A DNA stretch of 64,000 bases from Daphnia carinata (taxonomy: Eukaryota). The notes under the pieces were generated by a model. That model did not search any database, was not told the DNA's origin, and worked only from the letters and a program-made list of their open reading frames with translations. Location: positions 4,836,001 to 4,900,000 of the forward strand of contig NC_081331.1 in NCBI RefSeq assembly GCF_022539665.2. Reading direction: 5' to 3'. Position 1 is the first letter of the stretch; each line of letters begins with the position of its first letter. The position numbers and the translations under genes are program-made. Positions 46,759 through 59,500 of this stretch are shown here, piece after piece.

Positions 46759-48212
46759 ATGGTATGAATGACATCTCTTTCCTGTTTGTTAAATTAAAAA
46801 ATTTTATAATTAATAGCATGGAAGACTTAAAGTACGTACAACTGCCGAACAGCAAGAAATTAAAGCCAAAGAAAGAGCCAAAAAGCTTGCCGTATACAAA
46901 GCAGCAATGGATCGAATTTTTTGCAAGGTATTTCTGCAGAAAATTTGCAAAGTATAACACATGTGTTATACTTTGCTTTCGTAACCACTAAGAAACTCAT
47001 TGTATTCTGTTTTTATATTTAGAGAAAGTCAGGGGAACTAGATGATGAAATTCTTAAGATAACTGGCCAGGTTTTGACAGAAAACCCAGACATCTCCACA
47101 CTTTGGAACATAAGGAAAGAAACAATTTTGAAAATCAAGGATACAATGTAAATGTTGATAATCTATAATTAAAGAATTTCATAGTTTTAATTCATGAAAT
47201 TTTACAGGCCAGACCTTGTTGACAACTATGTTTCGAAAGAGCTATTATTAACTGAACAGTGTATTAGAGTGAATCCAAAGTCCTACAACTCTTGGTTCCA
47301 TAGAAATTGGGTTCTTGATAAAGGCTCAAAAGTTGATTTCCAAGCTGAACTTGCACTATGTGACAAATGCCTGGAGCTAGATGAAAGGAATTGTATGTAT
47401 TGTTAGTTCTAGTTGTTAATCTGTCTAAAAGTCTCCTTTGTCGGTAGTTCACTGCTGGGATTACAGACGAATAATTGTGCAGATGTCAAAAACACCATTG
47501 GAAAGTGAGCTTCAGTTTTCTACTGAGAAAATAACAACAAATTTTTCAAATTATTCTTCTTGGCATTATCGAAGTGAGTTGCTCCCGCGAATTTATCCGA
47601 GTTCAAATAGCGAGACGTTGTTGGATGATCAGAGGCTGGCTGAAGGTAAAATCAACTTGTACTTTTGCTAGCTTTAATTCAAAATGGTGAAATTGTACTA
47701 TAGAATGCAACCTCATTCAAAATGCAATTTTCACGGATCCAAACGACCAAAGCGCATGGTTTTATCAACGTTGGCTTCTTTTCAGTAAAAAAGAGGGCAG
47801 TACCACTGAAAACTCTAGCTTCTTGTCCGTTTTGAACAATGAGTTGGAATCATGTCAGCAACTACGCGACTTGGAACCTAACAATAAATGTATTTTCCTA
47901 TCATTATTATGTTCATTATCGTATCCTTACCCAAGACTCGTATGATGTTTTAAGGGGTAATCCTACAGGTTTGTGAGCTGCTGCGCCGCATAAACAGCGT
48001 GGAAAACGAAAAAGAGATTCTACAACTTGTGAGCCAGTTGACTAAAGTCGATCCGTTGCGTCGGGGATATTATGCTTATTTTGGTAAACTGATACATGCT
48101 TAAAAAATCAGAAGTCTCGAGAATTGGTATATCTTAATCATTGAAATTATATATCCCTTTAGGCTCGAAAATTGCAGAAGAGAATCAAAGGAAAACCATT
48201 CCGGAATCGTGA
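46759..48212 (+). CDS. RABGGTA: Rab geranylgeranyltransferase alpha subunit (short form)
   Basis: ATG|gt first exon, then HGRLKVRTTAEQQ; NPDISTLWNIRKE; VNPKSYNSWFHRNW; LDERN-FHCWDYRR; NFSNYSSWHYRS; NAIFTDPNDQSAWFYQRWL; LEPNNKW; VDPLRRGYY. Confidence 0.93.
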
Positions 48213-48509
48213 GTACTTATTTTTAATCACATCATCTAATTTACACGTGAACCACGATCCCCTAAGTTGTATCGGGGGACTTGAAATGTTGAGCTCCTGC
48301 CATCAATATGCGTTGGTTGACTTTAAAAAAATACAGTGGCGGAAATCGTGGGTGAACCGAAAAGTAACATTCGCAACTTCGGAGTTTCAGAATAAAGAAT
48401 GTATTTTAATATTTACGATCAATACCGAAGCGGTTGTTTGTCGTCAGGGAAACGGAAGGGGCGAAAAAGTGAAGGACATGGCATGATCAATTTAGTGAGA
48501 TGAACAAAT

Positions 48510-51310
48510 TCATTGAAATATGTCTGGCATGCTCTCTGAAACACCATCTTCGCCAAGTAGTTTACTTAGCTCACTCTCAATATCTCGTTGATCGGGCTCC
48601 GTAGTCACTGGTGGGCGCGGTACTGTATTTGGTAACGCCATTGGAAACGGATCCAGAGATATGCCCATAGCTCTGCGTACACCTTCTACAGAGGCTACTG
48701 CCGAGGGTGTCGACTGCTTAGCCACGTAGGCGATGCCTTCCGTTATTTTCCCCACTGAAATTAAAACACCAAACAAGTAATAATAAGAATATTAACAAAA
48801 TAGCTCCTACAATTCAACACTCTTACAGAACCCTAGTACACAATTACCTAATTGAAGCTCAAACTCCGATGGCGGCATAATATTGGAAAGATGTGGTGGT
48901 GGAGTTTTCGAAAGTCTCTCGCGCTGTGTTCGCTCAAGTGTGCTTATAAAAGATCCCGTTTCATCCAAACAGTTTTGGCTAGCTTCTCGTGCCCGCTGTT
49001 CGGCTTTAAGCTGCGCTTCTGCAAATGAAGGCTGATTCAGAGAAGTCCAAACGCATAAAGTAATTCCAGTATCTTACCGAATGAATCCAGGAAAGAAACG
49101 TCGATTCCAAGGTCTCCCAAAGACCGAAGTGCATTTAGATTGAATGCATCATCATTTGCCTGCTGACATTGAAGAAGCTGCTGTTGTTGTTGCTGAAGTT
49201 GTTCTTGTTCCAACTGTTGAAGAACTTGTTGTTGATGAATTCGCCTTTTCTCTTCCAAGATTCTTGCAACGGCAGAGTGTTCGCCGTGTGTCATCAAGTT
49301 GAGTAAGTCGTCGGCGATGTGTAGCGCGTAATCACAATCGCGCACAAAATCCAAAATACTTTCCGCATAAGGTACACCCGTTTCTTCACCGTAAGTCGAG
49401 AGAACGAGATCCGATTCTTCTTTGGAGAGATTAGCAAAGGTCGAATCGTACGATGGGGCATACGAACCGAAAGGACCATAATACAAAGGTTTTACAGTTT
49501 TTACTTGGTTTCGCCGATCTTCTCTGAAGCCCATTAATTGGCCTGTACCAGGTCCTGGTTGGACTTTGCCAGTTAATGCACCTAGAAAATAAGAAGGAAG
49601 GTGTTAAGCCACTAAACTGGCATTGCCACAATAGTCGGTGTTTTTTTTTTTTGTTTGTTTTTTTTTACCAAGAGTCACAGGAACTTCGGTAGTCCCAGGC
49701 TGAGTCCCTGGGTGGCAAGGGGTTAGGATGGCTAGCGACGTAGTGCCATCTTTTCTTTGCCGCAAAAAACCCATTTTCGCGTTTGGATGTTGATAGTTAA
49801 GTTTGTTGGCAGCAATTTGTGCTGCTTCATTGGCCTACAGAGTAATGAGAAAAACATTAGTCAGCTAAGGTTTATGGGAAAAATTATAAATAATTAAAAC
49901 AGGTACCTGTTCTAAAATTTCATCTGGAGTCATGTCATCAGGCAAAGCATCAAAATGGTTTTTACTCGGCGATTCGCTCTTAAGGAAGCTATCTCGGGCT
50001 GTTTCCACAGCCGTCTCGCCCCCGGAAGAAAACCCGGTTTCCATTTCGTGATCGACTGATTCTACTCCTTCCGCCGATTGCTCTTGTCGTATGGCAAAGG
50101 CTCGGAATGATTCTTCTAGCGGTTCGAAGCCCAGATGAGTCACTGTTAATTCTCCATAGTTAGATATAGTGGGTACGTAAGGGCGCACTTTTTCAGCTGT
50201 TAGAGTTCGTAATCCCGTGTGGAGTAGTCTTTTGGCAGCCTTATAATACACGGTATCGGGCTGATTATAGGTCATTGCATTGTTGCACATCAACACAAAG
50301 TCGTCCTACGAGAAACAAAGTCGAGAAAAGAAGAATATAATCAAGGAACTTTATTAACAAATGAGGTGGAAATGCTTACCGTAAACTCCTGTAGCGTCTT
50401 GTATTGGTTATCTTCTATTTTTTGTTTCATAGTACTAAAATCCATTGGTTTGGTGATGATAGAAGAATAGTTGGGTGCAATACTGTCAGTAACTGGCCAG
50501 GCAAAAAATTGCCTGGGGTCTTTTTGTTCGAGGTTTGGCAGTAGAAGTTCAAGAAGTTTCTGCAGTGCCGGTTTTTCTTGACGTGGTCGAAGGCTGGTTC
50601 GAAGGGGCGCTGCACCGGGACTAGAATGTTGCACTCGTGCTGCTAATGAGGCCGACAGGTTTGATCCAGTTGCTGAATCTAAGGAGGCGGTGGAAATCTT
50701 CAGTATGGGCCTAGGAGAGAGTGGTCCACCTAGAGTAGGATTGGAAGGCTGAACAGTTATGACTTCATATCTTAAGGATTCATCCCCCTCGGCAGCAGAT
50801 TCATCCTTGTCTTTACGTTTTTTATCCTGAAAGAAATGTTTAAAATTTACCATTTGCTAGAAGTTACTACCAACAAAAGTAAAGCCTGAACCTTGTGTTT
50901 ATGCTTTTTCTTCTCCTTGTCTTTATCTTTATTTTTCTTTTTCTTTTTTTCCTTTTTTTTTTTGTGCTTTTCTTTCTCACTTCCACCAGGAAGAGAAAAG
51001 AGAGAAGACTGTCTAGAATCTTCTTCATGTCCATATGGAGCATGAACAGTTCCCTGACGATGAGATATTCCTGAAGAGCTTTCACCATGGTCCACTGGAT
51101 CTGGGGTGGACGCACCTCCAACTTTCAGGATTAATCGCAACTGCGGACGATCAGTACCTACCGAATGCAATCAATGTTTTCATATTTGTTTATATTAGTA
51201 TGATGGCAACACAAATAGAACCAAAAATTTAATTTACCCTGACCTCCTTGGGCACTTTCATACCTTCCCCAGCGGTCGGATTTGTGCTTTTTATGTTTTT
51301 TGCTCCCCAT
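48510..51310 (-). CDS. BRD7: Bromodomain-containing protein of the BRD7/BRD9 family (SWI/SNF subunit)
   Basis: MGSKKHKKHK start; LRLILKVG; KDPRQFFAWPVTDSIAPNYSSIITKPMDFSTMKQKI; MCNNAMTYNQPDTVYYKAAKRLLH; GFREDRRN.VK.V.PLYYGPFGSYAPSYDSTFANLSKEESDL (DUF3512-type region). Probably the single invertebrate BRD7/9 co-ortholog. Confidence 0.92.
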
Positions 51311-51800
51311 CGGTGTTTGTGAATTTGAACTTATGTCTAACCTAAATTAATCAAACTTTTCGTTAAAATGTTGGCGTCACAAATCAAGCCGACTCTGGTT
51401 TCGTTGTTGTTTCCTTTTTTCGTGTGGTATAGATACCACAATGCCACATTGTTTAGCAAACTAAATCAATCGAATAATTGTTAAACCATCCAACATTCTC
51501 GGCCGAAAAATAAAGAAAGTTACAATGCGAGAAACTATTTTTGCAAAATCTGTTTTCATCAACAATAGAGATTTCAAAGGAAAACTGATGAACAATTTAT
51601 TGCTAAGCAATTTTATTTAAAATTCTGTTGTTATTAACACAGCGCAACGCTGTAATTTCGTTCTTGCAATAATCTCTACATGTCGGCAGAAAACTAAATT
51701 TTGCACTGAACCAACGAGCTGTCACACAAGTTATTGTGGAAAAATATTTTAATTAAAAATTGTTATCTTGTTACGATTTACTCGTCTTATTCAATTCAAT

Positions 51801-52226
<426 letters not shown>

Positions 52227-52332
52227 CTGTTTTCCCCATCTCATTGTCATGTAATAACAAATTTAACAATGGAATACAAATCTGAAAAATAATATCTGAT
52301 GCCATGGAATGCCTTTGGAATATATGTTTCAA

Positions 52333-53036
52333 TCAGAAAGTAATCAAAGACTGAACAGGAGCATCCACATTTTTGGATCCATCCAGCTGGTCCAACTCTA
52401 AAAGAACTAAGCATCCAACTATGTTGGCATTTAGACCCTTGATGAGCTTGCAGGTTGCCCCTAAACTTCCTCCAGTAGCAATTAAGTCATCTATAATCAG
52501 TACCCGCTGTCCCTGATGGATACTGTCTTGCTGTATTTCTAATACATCCTGTAAAAAAACAAAACACATTGAAGATTAGGACACCTAAAATAAAAAGGGT
52601 AATGAACTTAAATAAGGAATCAAGACTTACACTCCTATATTCTAAAGTATATGCAATTTCTTTGCAGTTTCCTGGAAGGCGGCCCTTCTTACGAACTGGG
52701 ACAAACCCAGCATTCAGCTTGAGAGCCAGTAAAGGTGCAAGTATAAATCCTCTTGATTCAAGACCCACAATAACATCCACATCAGTCCATTTAAGAAATT
52801 CAATCTTTGCCACCATAAGATCAAGAACATTCCTCAAGCATGCTGGATCTCTCAGAACAGAGAATATGTCTCTAACATGGTAATAATCAATGAAACAGAA
52901 TTGTAACATTAAAATAGTATTCATGCTAACATGTAAGATTTTACCGAAACATAATCCCCTCTTTAGGAAAGTCTGGGTAACTCTTAATTTTCTTTTTCAA
53001 ATCGGACAGCGTAGATTCGTAAAGCGTAGAATCCAT
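52333..53036 (-). CDS. APRT: Adenine phosphoribosyltransferase
   Basis: YPDFPKEGIMFR-DI; IVGLESRGF; FVPVRKKGRLPG; YTLEY; PRPP-binding motif VLIIDDLIATGGS. Confidence 0.96.
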
Positions 53037-54230
53037 CTTCAGATCAATAAAACTGATAATTTACACAGCCGTTGCAGTAGCAGACAGACACTTGTGGATT
53101 TTTCTTCGTTGCACGGTCACGTGACCGCTGAGTTCCGTACCATCCTAGTTAGACTTGAATTGGTTTTCGTTTTAGTAAAGCAACAGACAAAAATAAATTG
53201 CGGTAGACATTAAACAACTTTTTTAGGCATTACAAATCCCAGCTGTCTTTTTCTTTAAAATAAGGGAAACAAAACAGAGACTCCAATTTTTTCCGAATAA
53301 ATGTCAACGTCTTATGGAACTGCAGGATCAGATTTCTCGTGCTATAAAAAAAAATAGGTCAATCGTAGTTTTCGACAAGCCTTTTTAGGCCAGAATTTTA
53401 GCATATATTTTAAGAGATTATTTTATTCGTTTGAATCGTTTCTCACTTATTTAAGAGTTAGTATATCTTTTTGAACTGAGAGCAGGAAAGTTCCGTGGAT
53501 TAAACCTTGAGCTTCAGCACATTGTAGGGGAGCACGAGCTTGTCAGACATGTATAGGAAAATTCAATGGGATTGGATGTTTCAATCATGAAACAAGCGGC
53601 AGACAGGACAAAAGAGAAAAAATTGCACGGGTCGTGTTTGGATTAAACCCAATGAAAAAAAATGAAAATATTTTTACCGTCTTACTTGGTAAAAGATGTT
53701 TGTAATCTAACATTTTGCTGTTATCCTGTCTGTTTACACACAAAATGATTCATTCATCATGAATATTTTTCATCATTCAATTCATATTCACTCATCATGA
53801 AAAAGCAGTTTTTCCGCATGATGAGGGAAATAAGGTTGAGCAGGTGGCAAAATGCGCACCGGTCCAACCTGCGTTGTCCAAAATATATAGGGCACGTAGC
53901 TCACCTTGTCAATCTAACATTACGAATTTATAAGGAAAATCAAAAACTTTTTCAGCTGCTTATTATACGAATTATGTACTTCATGAAATTTTCAACATTC
54001 ATCACCCTCCTGTGAGCACATTATAGTTATCAATTATAAGGTTGTAAGCTACAGGCGGCAACTACATGCATGAATCCGTTACGTACACCTTTCACTGCCA
54101 CATAACAGTTTACATAAATATGGATAACAAGAATATGTAGGCTAGCAAAACATCCTTTTGCTCCGCTTTTGGTTCCGATACATAAAATTGGGAATAGCGA
54201 TCACGATGCTGTATTGCGATAGTTCTCCAA

Positions 54231-56515
54231 CTAATTCGTCGTTTCTTTGGATCAACAAGAACAAAAAGCTCGTAAGCATACAATCAATATGTTAATTCAA
54301 GAAAAATATGATTTGCATTTACCGCAACCCAGTTCGTCACTGTGGTCGAAACAGTTATAATCCCGATCGCAGCGTTTCGAGTTGTGAATGCAAAATCCAT
54401 CGTGGCACCGCCATTCGATGTCGCTCAAACATTCCGACACTCCTTCACATCTAGTTAAGTTTAACGCAATCAATTAATCGTGAAAAATTAACAGCAATAA
54501 ACAGTGTTTACCTGAAAGAGTTTGATCCAAGAGGAACGCAAGACTCGGTGTGAGCGCGACAAAATCCACCACATCCAGTCGGATCTTCCGGCTCGGGAGC
54601 CCAGCGGCAAACAGGGACGACTTCTTCAAGCCGGGCGACACACACTTCTCCTTGTCGGCATTCACCACAAAACTGATCGAACGTGGCAATAGATGTGTTG
54701 CTGAAACGGAAGTGGGTCACTTTCGTTGGACGGACGACGTTAAAACGAATCCGCGGTCGTGCCGTCCGAGTCGCACAATTGCACGGCCTGATCTCAACGT
54801 CTGCAGCCGAAACTGTTGAACCAGCAGTGCACGGTGCGATGACGTTATTCGTCAATTGGTTGTTCGACTCAACGGGCTCCTCCGGTCGTCTATCACGCAA
54901 CAAACATCGGCGATTTCGTGATTGCTTCCGCGATGGATCGCAAAATGAACCTAGAGAACAGGAAGGTGTCCACTCCGTCCACGGTCCCCAACTCGCTGTG
55001 GACAGATTCAGTGTGAGGTAAATACGATGTAACATTCTGAGAAGTATGTGGTGCATACCTAAAACGTCGTGTGGTGGTACGTAGTTTTTTACGCTTGTAG
55101 CTACGAATTCTGAGGTTAAAACAAGTCTAGTTAACGCTCTTGGATTTCCGTTAAGAACAGTTATTACGATAAATGTTTTAAAAGGAACCTGCAAACTTGA
55201 CGGTAGTCAAGTTAAGAGACCAATTATCATATTTTTTGCCATCGTGTTCCCCTTTTCGATGAAGATTGGTGGTGAAGGCATGAGCCATTTTCTCAGCTAT
55301 CATCACATCCGCATGGTTTAAATGAATTTGAAATTGTATCCGAATCGATGGATTCTGCGATGTTGTGTTGGGGACTATTCCGAACATTGCGGATCGATTA
55401 TACAACGAAGAGAGCATCGTAGATGATTGAAAAGCGCGATCCATCTAGAAAATTTCCCCAACCATTTCAAATTTTCATTAATACAAAGCAGAAAAATGAT
55501 TCGCTTACTTTTTGCTGAAGTTCTTTTGCAAGATCATCGAAGATTGTCGGGACTGAACTTTCTTCGCTTAGTCCCGATGTCATTGTTTGATTATATATAT
55601 GGAATTCTCCGTATATAACGTTGGCTATTGTACACGTTCTTATTAGATGACAGGCATAGCAAAACACAATTAAACGTCAGTATATACAGTTCGATAAATA
55701 CCTGCTGGAGCTTGAGGAGGATGAAAGAGCGAACTTCCTTTCCCTAACGATATTTTTCATTTGACAATGGATCATATTATTGGAATACCATAAGTTATAC
55801 ACTCGCGTTAGCTTCCTCAGTTTACCTGTAAAGTATACGACAGTTGTGATGGCAAGCCCCAGAAACAGGATCGCCCAAATGCAAACGCACACCGCCAAAA
55901 TTGATTTAGCAGCATGTGGGCAACTAGTGGAGAGGGTGACAGGGGACTTGTGATCAGTTTCACTCGTATTGCTGCTCCCTACGCTCTTCACGGAATTTTG
56001 ACTCCAATATGGCACGGCAGATGTAAGATTGGTCGAGCCAATCGAGCCATCACGAACAGCCGCCAGCCGTGGGTGCATGTTCAAATGGGCGGAAGCAATT
56101 TCGTCAATGGAGCGTAGACTGGATCGAACGCTAGCAATGTACTCAGATGACGAAGGGTTGTTCAACAAAGGGTTATAGAAATTAAGGGCTGGCAGTTCTG
56201 GAAATATTGAATTCCGTAAATTCCTTTATGGCTATTTGCACACGTAATGATAGCAAGCGTTGTGGATGTTTTGCTAACCTGAAAGGGCAATAGCGAATCT
56301 TCGTTGATCGGGGGGCGACCGTTCAAAGCCGGAATAGGTTGGCGATTGTTCGCGTGACACATTTCTTGTTCGTGTCGGATATGTCACGAATCCGTAATCG
56401 TCTTTGGCCGAGCCGTCTGTATCCATCTGCCTCGATGCTGGGTCCCCGACAGACTCCACAACCGTTTCTGCATCAATCTGAATCAGTTCTCTTGAATTTT
56501 CGACGTTGCCCCTCT
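54231..56515 (-). CDS. Type II membrane protein with SEA-like, thrombospondin type-1, Cys-rich and LDL-receptor class A modules; 5' end uncertain
   Basis: TM segment [27 protein letters not shown]-like exons at about 55190-55615; TSP1 [13 protein letters not shown]...QSRNRRC; LDLa [36 protein letters not shown]. Start exon not resolved. Confidence 0.7.
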
Positions 56516-59500
56516 ATAGAATTGTTGTTTAGAAAACAAAAAGCCGATCAAACTCCGGATGTGATGATGCGGTGACGGAATATTCCTTCCGGTCTGTGAC
56601 GTTGACCGACCGACCACCAGTTTTCACTGAATGGGGGTGGGGCCATACGACCGGATATAAGAGGAACAGTTCGGTGATTGCACCGGAAACAACAAAAAAT
56701 ACTTAACTTTATACGTCTTTTTGTTCTTTCCCCTTTAATTTTGTAGTTCTATCTTAAACAAATGACTTCATCAACTGTAATCAGTTGAAAGTTGAAAGAG
56801 AAGTAAAGTTTTAGCATTGGAGGAATGATTGCTCAAAGACAATTGAAATCAGACTCTTCAATTGCTGACATAATCCCGGTTACTTTCAATAGTTTGATTT
56901 AGATGAAAAGCTTTTTTTTTTATGGCACAATCGTTTAGGTAGTTAAAGGAATTACTGGCATGTCCGCAAACTTCTTTATCTTCCGGATGACTAAAATAGC
57001 GAAACTATCGTTGCTTACTTAACAGTTTGGGAAATGGCAGAACGAATGATTAACAGAATGATTGGGGCTAGATTGATTGGGTAAATTTTTTGCCTAATGC
57101 AAATGTAATTTGATGTACTTACACCCAGTTTCTTGACGAAGATGGAAATCGATGACGAGGCCAACTTTTGATGTTACTCCAGTAGTACGAACGATCGACT
57201 AGTTACTTTGACTGCTGAAACGAAATGCCAACTAGAGTTGAATTTTCTCCCCGGAGGGGTGTCGGAAATTCTCAAATAGTCCCTGTTATTTCAGACACGT
57301 GCTTCTGAGTGCTGCCCACTTCCTCTGGTATACTTTGTTGATGGATATCACATATTACATGCAACATTTGCGTACGCGGATGATGGTTGACTGGAAGGCG
57401 CAAAAACGCTGATTGATGGTGAATCCCGTGAATTAGGACAGATTACCTTATATTTTGCTATTAAGTTTTTCAATCAAACATTACGATCGTAATAAGTCGT
57501 TCCCGAATTTGTTTTAGTGATCAACGCTTCGATTTCATTTTTGATGTCGATGCGGAAGCCGCTGGATCTAAATTCTAGGTGTTTGTATTTTGTGATTTTG
57601 GTTTGGGGTCCATGACCTGTTATAATGATGTAGAGCAACATACTTTAACACAAGTCTCGTCATTTTTGATTGTCAAGTAAAAACCTGTTGTGATAATGAT
57701 TCTCCCGTTCGTTTTGCTAATGTCATAGGAAGCCAAAAATGTGAGGTCAATCAATTCATAGTATCGCTGAATAAAAAATGCCAAAAGGCAATCCTAAAGA
57801 ATTACATTTTATAAATATGTATACATTTATTTAATTCGAAATTCAAACATTCAAGTACTTGTTCGTTAAACTTGGTTCCCGGAAGATGGCACGGAGTGGT
57901 AAACAGGTGACCTCACGATAGTACGCAGCAAAGTCCTTTTTTAAAAACCGGTATGTTTTATTTTGTTATCTTTTGCAGAACGATTGCCTGAAGCTCTTTA
58001 CCTGATGTCGAGGACGCATTCAAGCACACCTGTAAAAAATTAAAGAATGGGAGACAAAAAAACATAACAATTTAGAACGACGCGCACGCATACTGAGAAA
58101 GCAACAGTGAAATGAGGAAGTAATGTCGAAAACACTCAAGGATTTCAAGATTTTGTGCATGAAGGTAATTTCTTATGCGTGATTTGACAGGTAAATATTA
58201 TATGTACAACAGACACAAAAAAAAGCGCTGTTTGTGGCAGTCACTGCCGCTAACACCGCTCTAAGGAAATATAATGCAAGATGAATGATTCCGCCAAGGA
58301 ACTTTCGAGAAATTGCGACCTCAGTATGCTCGCATTAAACATGAGCAAATTTTCAGCACGCAATAACACATATCTGATTACATACTACAAGTAAAAAAAA
58401 AATCCTTATCTTGTCCCATTAATCTGAATCAAGTTTCAATTCCTTTCTGCAAAATCGGATTAGAACTGTCGAGAAACATGAATAGTTTAGACCGTTATAG
58501 TTATGTTTTCCTTTACAGTTATTACTAAATTAAAAACCAAAATCTTTTAGAATTCTCACGAGCGAGAAAGCGGTTTTTAGGGGATCAGCAATATGGTGTT
58601 TGACTATGCAATTCCATCGAAATGTTCCTTAGATGTTATGACCGATTCAGTGAAGTAGGGCAGTCGCCATCTGTTCCTGTTTCCCATTTTCACGGCCTGT
58701 TTTTTACGACGTGAAGGCGACGCACCTGTGGTCAAGGTTAACCGCAATGTTCAGAGTATTCCACCCAACATCTTTCATCTCAGTAGATGAAACACTCCAA
58801 AGCTTTGCGGAAGCGATTGCGTAGAATTAGAAACATTCAAAGATTTTTGCCCTTGAACATGGACCCAGACAATTTCTTTTTTACTCAAAATCCACGTTTT
58901 GCGTGTTGGTAGCGCCCATTCGGGATTGGAATTACCTTGACCTATACTGAAAGTGTCATTTTGTGCTACGAAAATCTTTTATCTTCCTTCCTTATGTTGA
59001 AAATAGTTCAGTTTATTCTTGGCTGCAAAATCAACTATAGTCAAGCGGAAAAAATTGAATTACCAATGCGCATACAATTCATGGAACAACAAAAATTCAC
59101 TCCGAGGCTCGATAACACGCGCGTGAATTTACACAGAAAATTCTAATTTAAATAAATCGTTCACCTCTTGTCATTAAATAGCTAACTTAAAGAATTAGGA
59201 CTGAACCTAGAATCTTTTTTGTGATTGCTTCCCCTACACCCACTAGAATAATGATGCGAGATTGACACCCAAAACTTAAAGGTTACGTCACACTTTGTGT
59301 GGTGCAACTGCTGCACAAGGAAATCACGGGATGGAATGGAGCGGTCCGTTGCAGATAGTGTGTGTAGCACTAACGTAATTTTAAGCACCGAAGACATCTC
59401 CATGAAGGTTGACGTCGAGACCCACGCAGCGACACATTATATAGAAGTATACTGCCATTCCACGTTTCACGTGACCCAGAGTCGTGATCACCGATAAAAT

